Part shown: piece after piece, positions 38,573-51,300 of the stretch
Layout: the number at the start of each line of letters is the position of its first letter
Numbering within the stretch: position 1 is the first letter of the stretch
NCBI GenBank assembly: GCA_951406725.2
Contig: OX597817.1
Coordinates: 27,900,001-27,964,000 of the forward strand
Direction: 5' to 3'
Source: Octopus vulgaris
Lineage: Eukaryota
DNA length: 64,000 nucleotides
Position numbers and translations under genes: made by a program
Notes under the pieces: model-generated
Told to the model about the DNA's origin: nothing
Database searches by the model: none
The model's input: only the letters and a program-made list of their open reading frames with translations

Positions 38573-39153
38573 AAATTTAGGGTAAAAATTGATATTTATC
38601 AATTAGAACCAGTGGTCTAGCATATTAAAAAAGAATCCGAAGATTAAAATATTTATATATACCAATTAAGGACTGCACACGAAAAGTGGACAGTCAACAT
38701 GCTAGATATAGACGTCAAATCGCCATTCTCCACAAAAAAGTTTATGTTCTCAGATCAAACTCAACAAAATTCTCTAACCGATAAATTAACTGCTGCTAAC
38801 TATTAGCTGCAGGCTAATTTTCTCGGGTCTCATCGCGCCATGGTGGCATTTGAAATATATATTTCAAATGTAATAGGCCGGACTCCATGCATATTTTGGT
38901 GTCGTGTTGGCATTTAGTCCAGCAAATTACATTTTATATGGGACCATGCTGATGATACTGCACTTTTCCTTGCGGAAAATAACAGCTGAAACTAAATTTA
39001 GTACATGGGTAAATATTTATTTCGTATATTTTTCACTTGTTTATTACTTTGGTTTTGTTGAGTTTGATCTGAGAACATAAACTTTTTTGTGGAGAATGGC
39101 GATTTGACGTCTATATCTAGCATGTTGACTGTCCACTTTTCGTGTGCAGTCTA

Positions 39154-39158
<5 letters not shown>
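38570..39158 (+). mobile_element. PLE-like fold-back element with ~99-bp inverted arms
   Basis: 38671-38769 is the reverse complement of 39053-39151; HHR between the arms; (TA)n at both outer ends. Confidence 0.8.
38944..39008 (+). ncRNA. Type I hammerhead ribozyme
   Basis: CCATG-CTGATGA-[tactgcacTTTTCC ttgc GGAAAAtaacagct]-GAAA-CTAAATTTAG-TA-CATGG; palindromic stem III, GUA cleavage after 39003. Confidence 0.8.
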
Positions 39159-39196
<38 letters not shown>

Positions 39197-39199
<3 letters not shown>

Positions 39200-39499
39200 A
39201 TGGTGACTGACCAGGCTATCAGATGTTGCTAGACATCGCTGGTCACAATGCGCTTCGCATTGTTTTAGCCTTCAAATGACGCCACCCCTCTGGCTACGCG
39301 AGCAGGCAAACAGGAGAAAGCGTGAGAGAATGGTGTGGTGAAAGACTATAACAGTTTTCGCCACCACCTCCTGCCGGTGACTCGTAGAGCTTTTAGGTGC
39401 TTTCGCTCAATAAACACTCACAACGTCCGGTCTGGGAATCGAAACTGTGATCATACAACCGCGAGTCCGCTGCCCTAACCACTGGGCCATTGCGCCTCC
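39197..39499 (-). mobile_element. SINE family C, full length (tRNA-derived head)
   Basis: Minus strand ggaggcgcaatggcccagtggttagggcagcggactcgcgg...gtttcgattccc (A and B boxes); (TA)n on both sides. Confidence 0.88.
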
Positions 39500-39519
39500 A
39501 TATATATATATATATATAT

Positions 39520-40386
39520 GTATAGGAAAATAAGTAAGTTGTCATAATAGGACTCAGAGTTTCAAATGACAGACCTAAGAGTTAGGATGCACTTTCATCG
39601 GCTATTGTGACAATAGACGCTATGAAAAAAACATTGAATAAAAGTGAAGTTACTCTAATAGACAGGAAAAATTATAAAAGTTAGAAAAAAAAATTATAAT
39701 AAATACATGCAACCATATTCTCACAATACCTATAAAACCTTCTGCGTTCATAAAGTCTACATACGTACACACTCACGCAAATATGTATATATATATATAT
39801 ATATAAGCCCATACTCACACAAAACATATACGTGCATATACGTGCTCATATATACATCTCTACACGCACACACATTAGGTTGGGTGTAGAGGTGGGGTAT
39901 GTGGGTAGGCTGAGGGTGGGGTTTGAGGTGGGGTGTGTAGGAGTGGATGTAAGTGATGGAGTGGGGGTGGGATGGGATGGATAGGGAAAGAGGGGTTGGA
40001 TTGTGTGGGATGGGGTTACGTGGGAGGGGTGAATATGAAGGGAGAGGGGAAGGGGAGAATGTGGGTAGGAGTGAAGAGAAGAGAGAAGAATAGTAGGAGT
40101 GAAGAGAAGTTGAAGTTAGAGCAAGAAAGGAGAGGTGGGTGGGTGGGTGTAAGTAGGTGAGAGAGAGAGAGGAAAGGGGAAGAGAGTTGAGCGCATGTGG
40201 CACAAAGGAGCGAAGAGAGACGATTAATCCCTCTTTACAGTGCAAACGGAAGTCCGGGTGGCCCCTGTGCAAGGACAATCCAAACAGAGGTTGCAAAGAA
40301 TGACCGGTAGTGCGGAAATGGCGCGAGAACGGGGTGTCATTGCCGAGTCGAATGTCTCGAAGATGTCCCCGAACTGGTCAGCCAAG
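39520..40386 (-). mobile_element. Penelope-like element 3' fragment (GIY-YIG endonuclease C-terminus, pyrimidine-rich UTR, HHR)
   Basis: LADQFG/HLRDIRLGNDTPFSRHFRTTGHSLQPLFGLSLHRG...LIVSLRSFVPHALNS matches the PLE LxxRFxEH...PVxxHF...H...LIxxLxxxxPxGLN pattern (one frameshift). Confidence 0.75.
39546..39606 (-). ncRNA. Type I hammerhead motif with CCGAUGA core variant
   Basis: AATAG-CCGATGA-AAGTG..CCTAA ctc TTAGG..CATTT-GAAA-CTC t GAG-TC-CTATT. Confidence 0.7.
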
Positions 40387-40396
40387 CTTGTGTGTG

Positions 40397-40428
<32 letters not shown>

Positions 40429-41611
40429 GTTGTGTATATAGATCGTCTCGTTGAATTACCCAGATTAGTGGATGTGTATCCATCCTGTGATCAGACATAA
40501 AAATTTGATAAAACGTCCTAAAGCTAGAAATGATTTTTACGACAGGGTATACATAGTACAAGTTATATCAAATAGTAATAAACAGAGTATAGTGAGATTA
40601 TTTGATATTAACCTCCTTATGGATTAAATGTTACCTCAAATATAGAAAAGATGTTCCTAACACTGATTAGTGCGAGTTTATTCGCTTCAAATATATATCA
40701 CAAAAATCTTGAATAACAATTTGTTAAGATTTTGTAACTGTTGAAACATATATGCTAATATATATATTGAGCTACAAAAACTTCATCTATATCACACACA
40801 CGCACACAACACTGCACAGGAATGTAATTGTAGAAATATGACAAATTGTCTTCTTATAATATATGTCTGAAGAATTAATATGCCAAACAGAGGTAGTATC
40901 AGAGGATATCATGAGCAAGACTATGTATGTCGGTAAATTGAGGAAACTTTTTGGAACATATATCTCATATATATATATATATTTTTTTTTTAGCTAGGAT
41001 AGTAGAATCAGTGATTCTTCACTTTCGAAGACGACAATGGGGAATGTAATTCTACAATAAAATTGAGTATTGGCACAGAAACGTCTTTCACTTAAGTATC
41101 ATCTACGCGTAATTGAAAAACTCTAGTTACTGATACTAAGCGGTGATGTCTTGAATTCGAGAGAAAAAAACTTTTCATTTATGTTTTCATGCAGAAATGC
41201 TAACTCTAATCTTTCCAGCATATTATATCCCCGTTAATGTAGTGGCAAGTCACTGGCAAGCCATATAGTGATATTTACCAGTTGCAGTTATTTCACTTCC
41301 TTTTGTACAAATTGCGCATTCTGAAGGAAGAAATGTTACAACTAAAATGTATTTCTGTCCAGAAATCGTTAGGTGATTCTAGGTCTAACTTAGTGAATGG
41401 AAATAATTCTTTTTCTTTAGATTACTGGATTTTATAGAGCTACTTTCACCGTAATAAAGATCACAATAAAATAATCCGCCTGCCAAGTAGGAAACTAATG
41501 TTCTTGAAAATGACATTTAGGGGTCAGCTTATAAATCTCTCACTCTCTCAAAGACATACGCACGCATATATATAAATATATAGATATATATATGTGTGTG
41601 TGTGTGTATAT

Positions 41612-41713
<102 letters not shown>

Positions 41714-41811
41714 TCACATATACACATACATATATATAAGTAAAAATTCTAGTTCTAAAATCTCTCTAAATGATTAACACAGTAGTTGTACCGACAAGTG
41801 ATATTCGTAGC

Positions 41812-42062
41812 CACTTAAACATGGCTGTCCGTTCGAACGGACTCTACTGTGATTGTTTTAACCACAAGAGGACATCTCTTATAGCTGGTTAACGATGCAG
41901 AGCCGCATCCGATAAATTGCGAACAGGGACCGAAGCTCTACCACATTCTAGTAGCGGGAGCAGTAAATCAGCTCTTCATCGTGAACCAGCTAGAGGAAAT
42001 GACCTCTTGGGATTAAAACCATCGCAATAGAGTCCGTTCGAACGGCCAGCCATGTTGAAGTG
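41812..42062. mobile_element. MITE with ~90-bp imperfect TIRs
   Basis: cacttaaacatggctgtccgttcgaacggactct... vs ...agagtccgttcgaacggccagccatgttgaagtg. Confidence 0.8.
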
Positions 42063-42091
42063 TGTACATATATTTATACATGCACACACAC

Positions 42092-42124
<33 letters not shown>

Positions 42125-42221
42125 AAGAGAAAGTGAGAGAGATACATACATACATATATGCATACATACATAATTTGTTTTTGTGCACTCGTGCATATGT
42201 TTGAATTTATGTACACATAGC

Positions 42222-42380
42222 TGATTAGATCTACCCCAGTACTCAACTGGAAGTTATTTCATCGACCCCCGAGAGTATGAAAGACAAAGTGAATATCGGC
42301 GGAATTTGAACTCAGAACGTAAGGATGGACGAAATGCCGCTAAGCATTTTTCCCGGGGTGCTAAGGATTCTGGTGGCACG
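42222..42380 (-). mobile_element. SINE family B, diverged
   Basis: ggcggaatttgaactcagaacgtaa motif. Confidence 0.75.
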
Positions 42381-42404
42381 GTGCTCCAACAAAAAGAATA
42401 ATAA

Positions 42405-42600
42405 TGATAAGTTAGAAAATAATAAACCGGACATAGCAATTATGGATAAAGAAAAGCGGCGATGCATCGGCATGGCCGCAGCTCTGAGCTGAAGCAAGAA
42501 AAAAAAGCGATGTTGCTTACTAATCGACCCATCATGCATGTTAGATTCCAGGGTCGTAAAGAAAGAGGAAGAGAAACATAGAAAATACAATCTATTGAAA
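42405..42600 (+). mobile_element. R4-like endonuclease fragment carrying a ~45-bp LINE-tail insertion
   Basis: KLENNKPDIAIMDKEKRR / CLLIDPSCMLDSRVVKKEEEK; insert gcatggccgcagctctgagctgaagcaag(A)n flanked by duplicated gcgatg. Confidence 0.65.
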
Positions 42601-42909
42601 TTTTATTGTTCCTTTCCCCCTTTTATTTTATTTGTTTACTTTTCTTTTTTTTTTTTTCTCTCCGTCTTCCCTTTTTTCTCTATTACATGACAATCTGGTG
42701 TGTTCGTTTTAATGGCCTACCAATGCGTACAGTACGTTTCTCTGTCCTAGGTGTCAAGGAAACAGCAAGAAATGGAAACCAAATTGAAAGAAGATGCTAA
42801 TGAAAAAATAAAGAAGCAGAAGAAGAAGAAGAAGAAGAAGAACAACAACAACAACAGCAGCAGCAGCAGCAACAACAACAACAATTCGCAAAAACTGAGC
42901 TACTCACGA

Positions 42910-43880
42910 AAACTGAGGCAGGACTGGACAGCCTAGTCCAGTCTGTGCGGATTTTCGCCGGTGGTATTAAGATGGAGTTTGGAATCTCACAATGTGCTAC
43001 GATGTTGATGAGAGGAAGAAAGCTTGCCAGGACGGAAGGCATATGGTTGCCAAGTGGTGAAGTGATGAAGTCAAATCAACTTCAATCCAGCTATAGATAC
43101 TTCAGAATACTCGAGGCAGACGGAATCAAAATCTATGGCATGAATGAAAGCACAAAAAGAGAGTACCTGCGGTGACTGAGAAAAACATTGGCTCAAAATT
43201 GAATAGTTTTGGAGATAAACTCGCGCGCAGTCGCCGTAATTTGGTATGACGGTGTAATCTTGAAGTAGAGAGAGAAGGATCTAAAGGAGATGGACAGGAA
43301 GTCAAGAAATCTTCTAATGATGCATGGAGCTCATCATCCACGTGTAGACACTAATCGCCTATACATAAACAGAGTAAATTGAGGAAGGGGACAGATAAGG
43401 GTGGAAGACTGCGTCCATATCGAACTCGAGAGCTTAATGAGATATCTAACCCAAAGTAAGGTAAACTTGCTAGTAACAGTCAGGAACGAAGGAGTATTAA
43501 GAGCAGAGGAAAAGGGGAAAAAAAGGAAGAAGTACAAAAAGGGCATGAAGAAGAATTACGCAAGAAGGGGCTACACAATCAATTCCATGTAGCTTCAACA
43601 TAAGTTGTTGGAACAAATAGATGGGATCGGCTGATGAAAGGCTCCCTAAAAAAGAGACTGAGAGTACTATACTAGCAGCGGAAGACCAAACTTTGACTAT
43701 GAATTGGAGGGTCAATCGCGGGAACAGCATCAGAAGGCATCAAGAGGAATATAAAGGAAATTGGAATAGAGTGCTCAGTAGAATTATTAAAAGGGTTTGC
43801 CTCCTTGCCACCGACAGAATAACCAGGAAAGTATTAGATAGCGGGAAAAAGCGAATAGCATAGTACCGTAGTCTCTAGGT
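42910..43880 (+). mobile_element. Decayed R4/Dong-like LINE with internal deletions
   Basis: IKMEFGISQCATMLMRGRK...YRYFRILEADGI, MHGAHHPRVDTNRLYI..GRGQIRVEDCV, LPKKETESTILAAEDQ; followed by (CAA)n(TAA)n. Confidence 0.8.
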
Positions 43881-43903
43881 ATTATAACAACAACAACAAC
43901 AAC

Positions 43904-43945
<42 letters not shown>

Positions 43946-43947
<2 letters not shown>

Positions 43948-44505
43948 ATGCCCTGATGCAGTACCAGGCAGTGGCTCTCATGGCGTCTGATCTTAACTGA
44001 TTGGAAGTGTTATCATGTACATTGTTTTGTCTTGGTATAAAAGATGGGATACAGCAAATATTCTGCTCAATACCACAGATTTGCTTGTCAGTTGTTTGAC
44101 CTTAACCAGTTGAGCATGTCCCTTAGTGGTTGACGATATGTGCATTTCTGGTCGCGAGCAGAAGTAGTGGGGAAGCATCATAGCCGTGTGTTGACAGGGA
44201 TTCTCTGGGGGTTTGAATAATTCACCTCTGGAAACATGGGTATTCCGTTCAACCTCCTTAAACAACCCTTATTCAGAGACCTTTTGAGCGGGATGGGTTA
44301 CTCGACCAGAAAAAATTTCTAACTGGGTCCCGCATGCAAGGTCATACGCTGTTTATATTGATATGAGATCATTATGTCATGCACATATGGTTGTGATGCA
44401 TGTACCTGGTGTACCCTAATCAGACTGGTACTTATGATGGGTATACTGAGCTTCGCATATTTTACCCCAGTGTCACTTTGATGGCATGCTCTGCTCTCTC
44501 ACTCA
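43946..44505. mobile_element. ~560-bp non-coding element embedded in (TAA)n
   Basis: Complex, GC-richer block with (TAA)n immediately on both sides; no informative ORF. Confidence 0.55.
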
Positions 44506-44515
44506 ATAATAATCA

Positions 44516-44577
<62 letters not shown>

Positions 44578-44645
44578 CAGCAACAATAATAATAATAACA
44601 ACAACAACAACAACAACAACAATAATGATAATAATAACAATAATG

Positions 44646-44720
<75 letters not shown>
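44505..44720. repeat. (TAA)/(CAA)n microsatellite
   Basis: Direct inspection. Confidence 0.95.
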
Positions 44721-44722
<2 letters not shown>

Positions 44723-44925
44723 CTTTTCTACTACAGGCACAAGGCCTGAAAGTTTAGGAGAGAAGACTAGTCTATTACATCGATTCCAGTGTTTCAGTGG
44801 TACTTAATTTACCGACCCCGAAAGGAAGAAAGGCAAAATTGGCCTCGGCGGAATTTGAGTCCAGAACGTTCAGACAGACGAAATGTTGCTAAACATTTTG
44901 CCGGTTGTGCTAACGATTTTGTCCC
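44723..44925 (-). mobile_element. SINE family B
   Basis: ggcacaaggcctgaaa tail and ggcggaatttgag motif. Confidence 0.8.
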
Positions 44926-45761
44926 TTATAACATCCATCATAGTAAACCCTCAAAAATCATACCAGGGGTATGACCGAACCTGAACCAAACCAAAATGAC
45001 AATAATGTGTAAAAGTGAAGTGTATAACCAATGTCTATGCTGTATTTTCGGTGCAATAAGTATTGTACAACACATGCACAAGCCGTTGCACCATATAGAA
45101 GTGACACGGAGATGAATCAATGTAAAATATCTGGTGTTGATAAAGGTCAGAGGCTAGTAGTGTGAGAGCATCACGTCCTCAACATAGCACTGAATATTCC
45201 CAAACCAAAATTGTTGTGAAGACCATTCCTTTTGGAAGGAATAATATATCAATGTAAGCTTCCACTACAGACATCGTTTTATGAAATTTAAGGGGCTTTT
45301 CATAAAGGGACGAACATTAATTCTAGAATCTCTTACTTCACGCTCCATTATGATATAGCATAATACAATATATATGTACATATGTACATACATAACTACA
45401 TACATATGTTTGTATGTGTAAGTATGTATAAATGCACAGCCGCTCTTTAACGACTGAAAGTAAAAGATTAAAGATAACAGGTATATATACATACATATAT
45501 ATATACATACATAGATATATGTATCTTTTATTGAACTTTTAATACTTTTGATATAAAAAAAAATTAATTAATTAATTAATAAATAAAATAATATATAAAT
45601 ATAAAAATATACATACATACATATATATATATAAAAAAATTTATAAGTTTAAATTATTTAAATCATTTTTTATTTTTAACTGTTATATTTTTTAATTAAT
45701 TTTATGTATTGGCTTATGTTTTTCACTGTTTGATTTGCCTAATAGTGGTTTTATCTCTAAT

Positions 45762-45809
<48 letters not shown>

Positions 45810-47784
45810 AGATGAAATAAATGAAAAAGAAGATAAAACGGTGTATTTTCTCATTTTTGCCTCATCTACGCCTTCTCGAATCAGCTCTTCATGTTTAATA
45901 ACGACAACTTAGGAATTGCACTAAAATTAGAATTATTTTTTGAAGTATTTCTCTAATATGGGATCTTAAGTTTTATCAACTGATTAAAATTGTTTTAGTA
46001 TTAAAAATAATGATACAAAAATAGATAGCAGCTTCCCGAAATTCTAATATTTAATTTTACGTTTCGCTTGATGTTTCCTTTTGCTATACTGTCACTTTTT
46101 CTGTGTATATTTTTAACATGATTCCCATATTATTGAAGAATAAGAAACTGTACAGAATTTTATTTCGCGATGTTAGCAAATATTTATTTCATACCGTGTC
46201 AGAAATCGATTGGTCGCTATGGAGTATTTGTTTGATTCAATTGCATCCAGTTTAAAAGTGAGACTTCTCTTATCAAACCCAGTGGAAAGAAAGACAATCT
46301 CAGCACCAGTAGGATTTGAATTCAGATGGGAGAGGGAGATACGAAAATATTTGAAAGTATTTATATACACACTTTATTGGTTAGTAATATTACATCTGCT
46401 CAACAACTTGAGGTCAGGCGATTAAATCGCTTGCAGCTCTTTTAATAAGTTAGATGTAGAAATAACAGTATCAACCAATATACTTTACAGTTCTAAAGAA
46501 ACTGGTGAGGTAAGATGAAACCAATCCCTAGATTTGAAGCCTACTCTGTTCTACATACACAAGGACCAAGTGCTGGTGTACATTGAGCCAAGGATTAAAA
46601 GTATCCCTGTGATGGACACACAATGAATAAAATGGAGTGTGACCATACACTGGTGGGCCTGTGTGACATATGTCTAAGATACAGATATCTTCCGTGATCT
46701 GTGTGTCTTAGCAGTGACACATAATTGAGACCTTAATATCGATACTCCAAGCAAGAACGATCCTGGGAGTAGCATTGTTTCAAGACTACCTCTATAACTA
46801 TTGAATTACCCTGAGCTAGAACCTCCCCACCTGATGCATTTACTATCTTGAGCAGGAATAATACTTCAAATATTGTTATTGAAAAAGATTTTTTTATGAA
46901 ACAGTTGTTTTCGAAATTTTTGTGAAAATGAACCCACAAATGGCGAATGGCCGAGTAAATATAGACGAAGGTACGCAATCAACCTTAAAAGAGATGTGTA
47001 TATGCATACATACATACACACACTATGCCGCAAGTATTAACTCTTCCCACCTTTTCACAAGCTTTACAAACATACCTCTTCCTTAATTCGCTCGGAATTA
47101 CATAAAATTCGTATGCAAATTTAATAATTCAAATCGGGATTTCCATCGTTTTTCTCACTTTTCTCACCATTCAATGACATTCTAAAGACAATAACACATC
47201 TTCCTAAAAGTTTTCAAAAGGGAATTGTTTCCCATAAAATGTATCTCAACATGGAGGGTATAAGATACTTTATGCACTTTTCAAGACTTGAAATAAAATA
47301 TGCAAAATCTAAAGCTCTGTATAAATATGATTCTACAGGCGTCTAGATTACACTTCGTAGAAGGTGCTGTTCTTGTATCGCCCAAAGACTGACTGTGATA
47401 GTCTAACTCAGACGAGAACCTATTAAGATGTGCATGTATTATATCAACAAAGAGAACTTTTACTTTCCTGTGAGCTATATTTTTGTTTATGTAAATTTCT
47501 TAGTGTATAATATACATAAAGTGTATACATGTGTATGCGCAAGTATCTATACTTGTGTATGTATATATTCATGTATGTACATGCAGTATTTGAGAATACC
47601 AACATTTAATTTTCTGTTGTTGGTAGCACAATGATGGGAATAAGATTATTTACTATTTAGTTGTAAATTTATACAATGGTCCAGCAGAGTATATGTAAAA
47701 TTATAATCGTTTCTATTAAGCTGTTGAATCGTTTAGCTTTTCTTCTCGACATCTTTTCGAGGTAGTTATTGTCAGCATTTATCT

Positions 47785-47985
47785 TTTATCGTTACTTATT
47801 TCATTCGTTAGAGGGCAACCATACTGGAGCACCACCATGAGGAACTTTAGCCGAACGAATCGGCCCCAGTACATTTAACATTATCGATCACTTTCGTCGA
47901 ACCGCTAGGTATACGGAGAGATAAACATACCAACACCGGTTGTCTTGTCAAGCCGTGATGGGGACAAAACAAACACATACACACA
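47785..47985 (-). mobile_element. Diverged SINE family A, 3' half
   Basis: cgaaccgctagg..acggaga..taaacat.ccaacaccggttgtc. Confidence 0.65.
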
Positions 47986-48018
47986 CACACATATATACAT
48001 ACATGCATTCATACATAC

Positions 48019-48101
<83 letters not shown>

Positions 48102-48283
48102 AAAGGGCTTAGTAAAATAAATTACTTTGCCGCATACTGAACTCATTAGAAATAGCAGCTAAAAAACTTTTTTAAAAACTATTTCTAATACTTAAAGAAA
48201 ACCTCTCTCATATAGTGCTTGCTCAACTCAACTCACGAAAGTTTGGGGGTAAAGACATCAAAAAATCAAATGCAAAGTTTATT

Positions 48284-48335
48284 TGAGAACGTACGTTTCA
48301 AGATTAGTCAACACGACACTTCTATCATCAGCTCA
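48284..48335 (-). ncRNA. Type I hammerhead ribozyme, first of ten minus-strand copies spaced ~560 bp
   Basis: Reverse complement of the motif at 53838-53889; core appears invariant across all units. Confidence 0.75.
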
Positions 48336-51300
48336 GAAACTCCTTGGTTTGGATTTGAAAACACTGAAAGTGAGAGCATACCCTTTCGGCTTCTCATCGC
48401 TTTCGAAGATCTGCTCGTAACTGACAGTGCCAACAAACTCAAATATGCAAGCGAAGAATTTCTGTTCTCCCCTTTCCACCAGCGTGGGTTAAAATCAGCA
48501 AACACTATGCTTATTTCGGTAAAATCCGAAGCATTAATTAGAGGGAGATTAATTATAATTTCAACAATTGAGGGTAAAATTAATTAATTATTAATCAATT
48601 TCACCAAGTGTTCAGTATGCAAAGGGACCATTTAAGGCGAATTCAAATTATTACATTATATAAAAGGGCTTAGTAAAATAAATTACTTTGCCGCATACTG
48701 AACTCATTAGAAATAGCAGCTAAAAAACTTTTTAAAAACTATTTCTAATACTTAAAGAAAACCTCTCTCATATAGTGCTTGCTCAAATCAACTCACGAAA
48801 GTTTGGGGGTAAAGACATCAAAAAATCAAATGCAAAGGTTATTTGAGAACGTACGTTTCAAGATTAGTCAACACGACACTTCTATCATCAGCTCAGAAAC
48901 TCCTTGGTTTGGATTTGAAAACACTGAAAGTGAGAGCATACCCTTTCGGCTTCTCATCGCTTTCGAAGATCTGCTCGTAACTGACAGTGCCAACAAACTC
49001 AAATATGCAAGCGAAGAATTTCTGTTCTCCCCTTTCCACCAGCGTGGGTTAAAATCAGCAAACACTATGCTTATTTCGGTAAAATCCGAAGCATTAATTA
49101 GAGGGAGATTAATTATAATTTCAACAATTGAGGGTAAAATTAATTAATTATTAATCAATTTCACCAAGTGTTCAGTATGCAAAGGGACCATTTAAGGCGA
49201 ATTCAAATTATTACATTATATAAAAGGGCTTAGTAAAATAAATTACTTTGCCGCATACTGAACTCATTAGAAATAGCAGCTAAAAAACTTTTTTAAAAAC
49301 TATTTCTAATACTTAAAGAAAACCTCTCTCATATAGTGCTTGCTCAAATCAACTCACGAAAGTTTGGGGGTAAAGACATCAAAAAATCAAATGCAAAGGT
49401 TATTTGAGAACGTACGTTTCAAGATTAGTCAACACGACACTTCTATCATCAGCTCAGAAACTCCTTGGTTTGGATTTGAAAACACTGAAAGTGAGAGCAT
49501 ACCCTTTCGGCTTCTCATCGCTTTCGAAGATCTGCTCGTAACTGACAGTGCCAACAAACTCAAATATGCAAGCGAAGAATTTCTGTTCTCCCCTTTCCAC
49601 CAGCGTGGGTTAAAATCAGCAAACACTATGCTTATTTCGGTAAAATCCGAAGCATTAATTAGAGGGAGATTAATTATAATTTCAACAATTGAGGGTAAAA
49701 TTAATTAATTATTAATCAATTTCACCAAGTGTTCAGTATGCAAAGGGACCATTTAAGGCGAATTCAAATTATTACATTATATAAAAGGGCTTAGTAAAAT
49801 AAATTACTTTGCCGCATACTGAACTCATTAGAAATAGCAGCTAAAAAACTTTTTTAAAACTATTTCTAATACTTAAAGAAAACCTCTCTCATATAGTGCT
49901 TGCTCAACTCAACTCACGAAAGTTTGGGGTAAAGACATCAAAAAATCAAATGCAAAGGTTATTTGAGAACGTACGTTTCAAGATTAGTCAACACGACACT
50001 TCTATCATCAGCTCAGAAACTCCTTGGTTTGGATTTGAAAACACTGAAAGTGAGAGTATACCCTTTCGGCTTCTCATCGCTTTCGAAGATCTGCTCGTAA
50101 CTGACAGTGCCAACAAACTCAAATATGCAAGCGAAGAATTTCTGTTCTCCCCTTTCCACCAGCGTGGGTTAAAATCAGCAAACACTATGCTTATTTCGGT
50201 AAAATCCGAAGCATTAATTAGAGGGAGATTAATTATAATTTCAACAATTGAGGGTAAAATTAATTAATTATTAATCAATTTCACCAAGTGTTCAGTATGC
50301 AAAGGGACCATTTAAGGCGAATTCAAATTATTACATTATATAAAAGGGCTTAGTAAAATAAATTACTTTGCCGCATACTGAACTCATTAGAAATAGCAGC
50401 TAAAAAACTTTTTTAAAAACTATTTCTAATACTTAAAGAAAACCTCTCTCATATAGTGCTTGCTCAAATCAACTCACGAAAGTTTGGGGGTAAAGACATC
50501 AAAAAATCAAATGCAAAGGTTATTTGAGAACGTACGTTTCAAGATTAGTCAACACGACACTTCTATCATCAGCTCAGAAACTCCTTGGTTTGGATTTGAA
50601 AACACTGAAAGTGAGAGCATACCCTTTCGGCTTCTCATCGCTTTCGAAGATCTGCTCGTAACTGACAGTGCCAACAAACTCAAATATGCAAGCGAAGAAT
50701 TTCTGTTCTCCCCTTTCCACCAGCGTGGGTTAAAATCAGCAAACACTATGCTTATTTCGGTAAAATCCGAAGCATTAATTAGAGGGAGATTAATTATAAT
50801 TTCAACAATTGAGGGTAAAATTAATTAATTATTAATCAATTTCACCAAGTGTTCAGTATGCAAAGGGACCATTTAAGGCGAATTCAAATTATTACATTAT
50901 ATAAAAGGGCTTAGTAAAATAAATTACTTTGCCGCATACTGAACTCATTAGAAATAGCAGCTAAAAAACTTTTTTTAAAAACTATTTCTAATACTTAAAG
51001 AAAACCTCTCTCATATAGTGCTTGCTCAAATCAACTCACGAAAGTTTGGGGTAAAGACATCAAAAAATCAAATGCAAAGGTTATTTGAGAACGTACGTTT
51101 CAAGATTAGTCAACACGACACTTCTATCATCAGCTCAGAAACTCCTTGGTTTGGATTTGAAAACACTGAAAGTGAGAGCATACCCTTTCGGCTTCTCATC
51201 GCTTTCGAAGATCTGCTCGTAACTGACAGTGCCAACAAACTCAAATATGCAAGCGAAGAATTTCTGTTCTCCCCTTTCCACCAGCGTGGGTTAAAATCAG

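Noticed and set aside
39400-39499. tRNA genes at SINE heads (also ~6030-6087 and ~62600-62692)
   Set aside because: A and B boxes are present, but there is no complete cloverleaf and each continues into a SINE body
46500-46530. Hammerhead-like ctggtgag...gaaacc
   Set aside because: Core mismatch and no stems II or III
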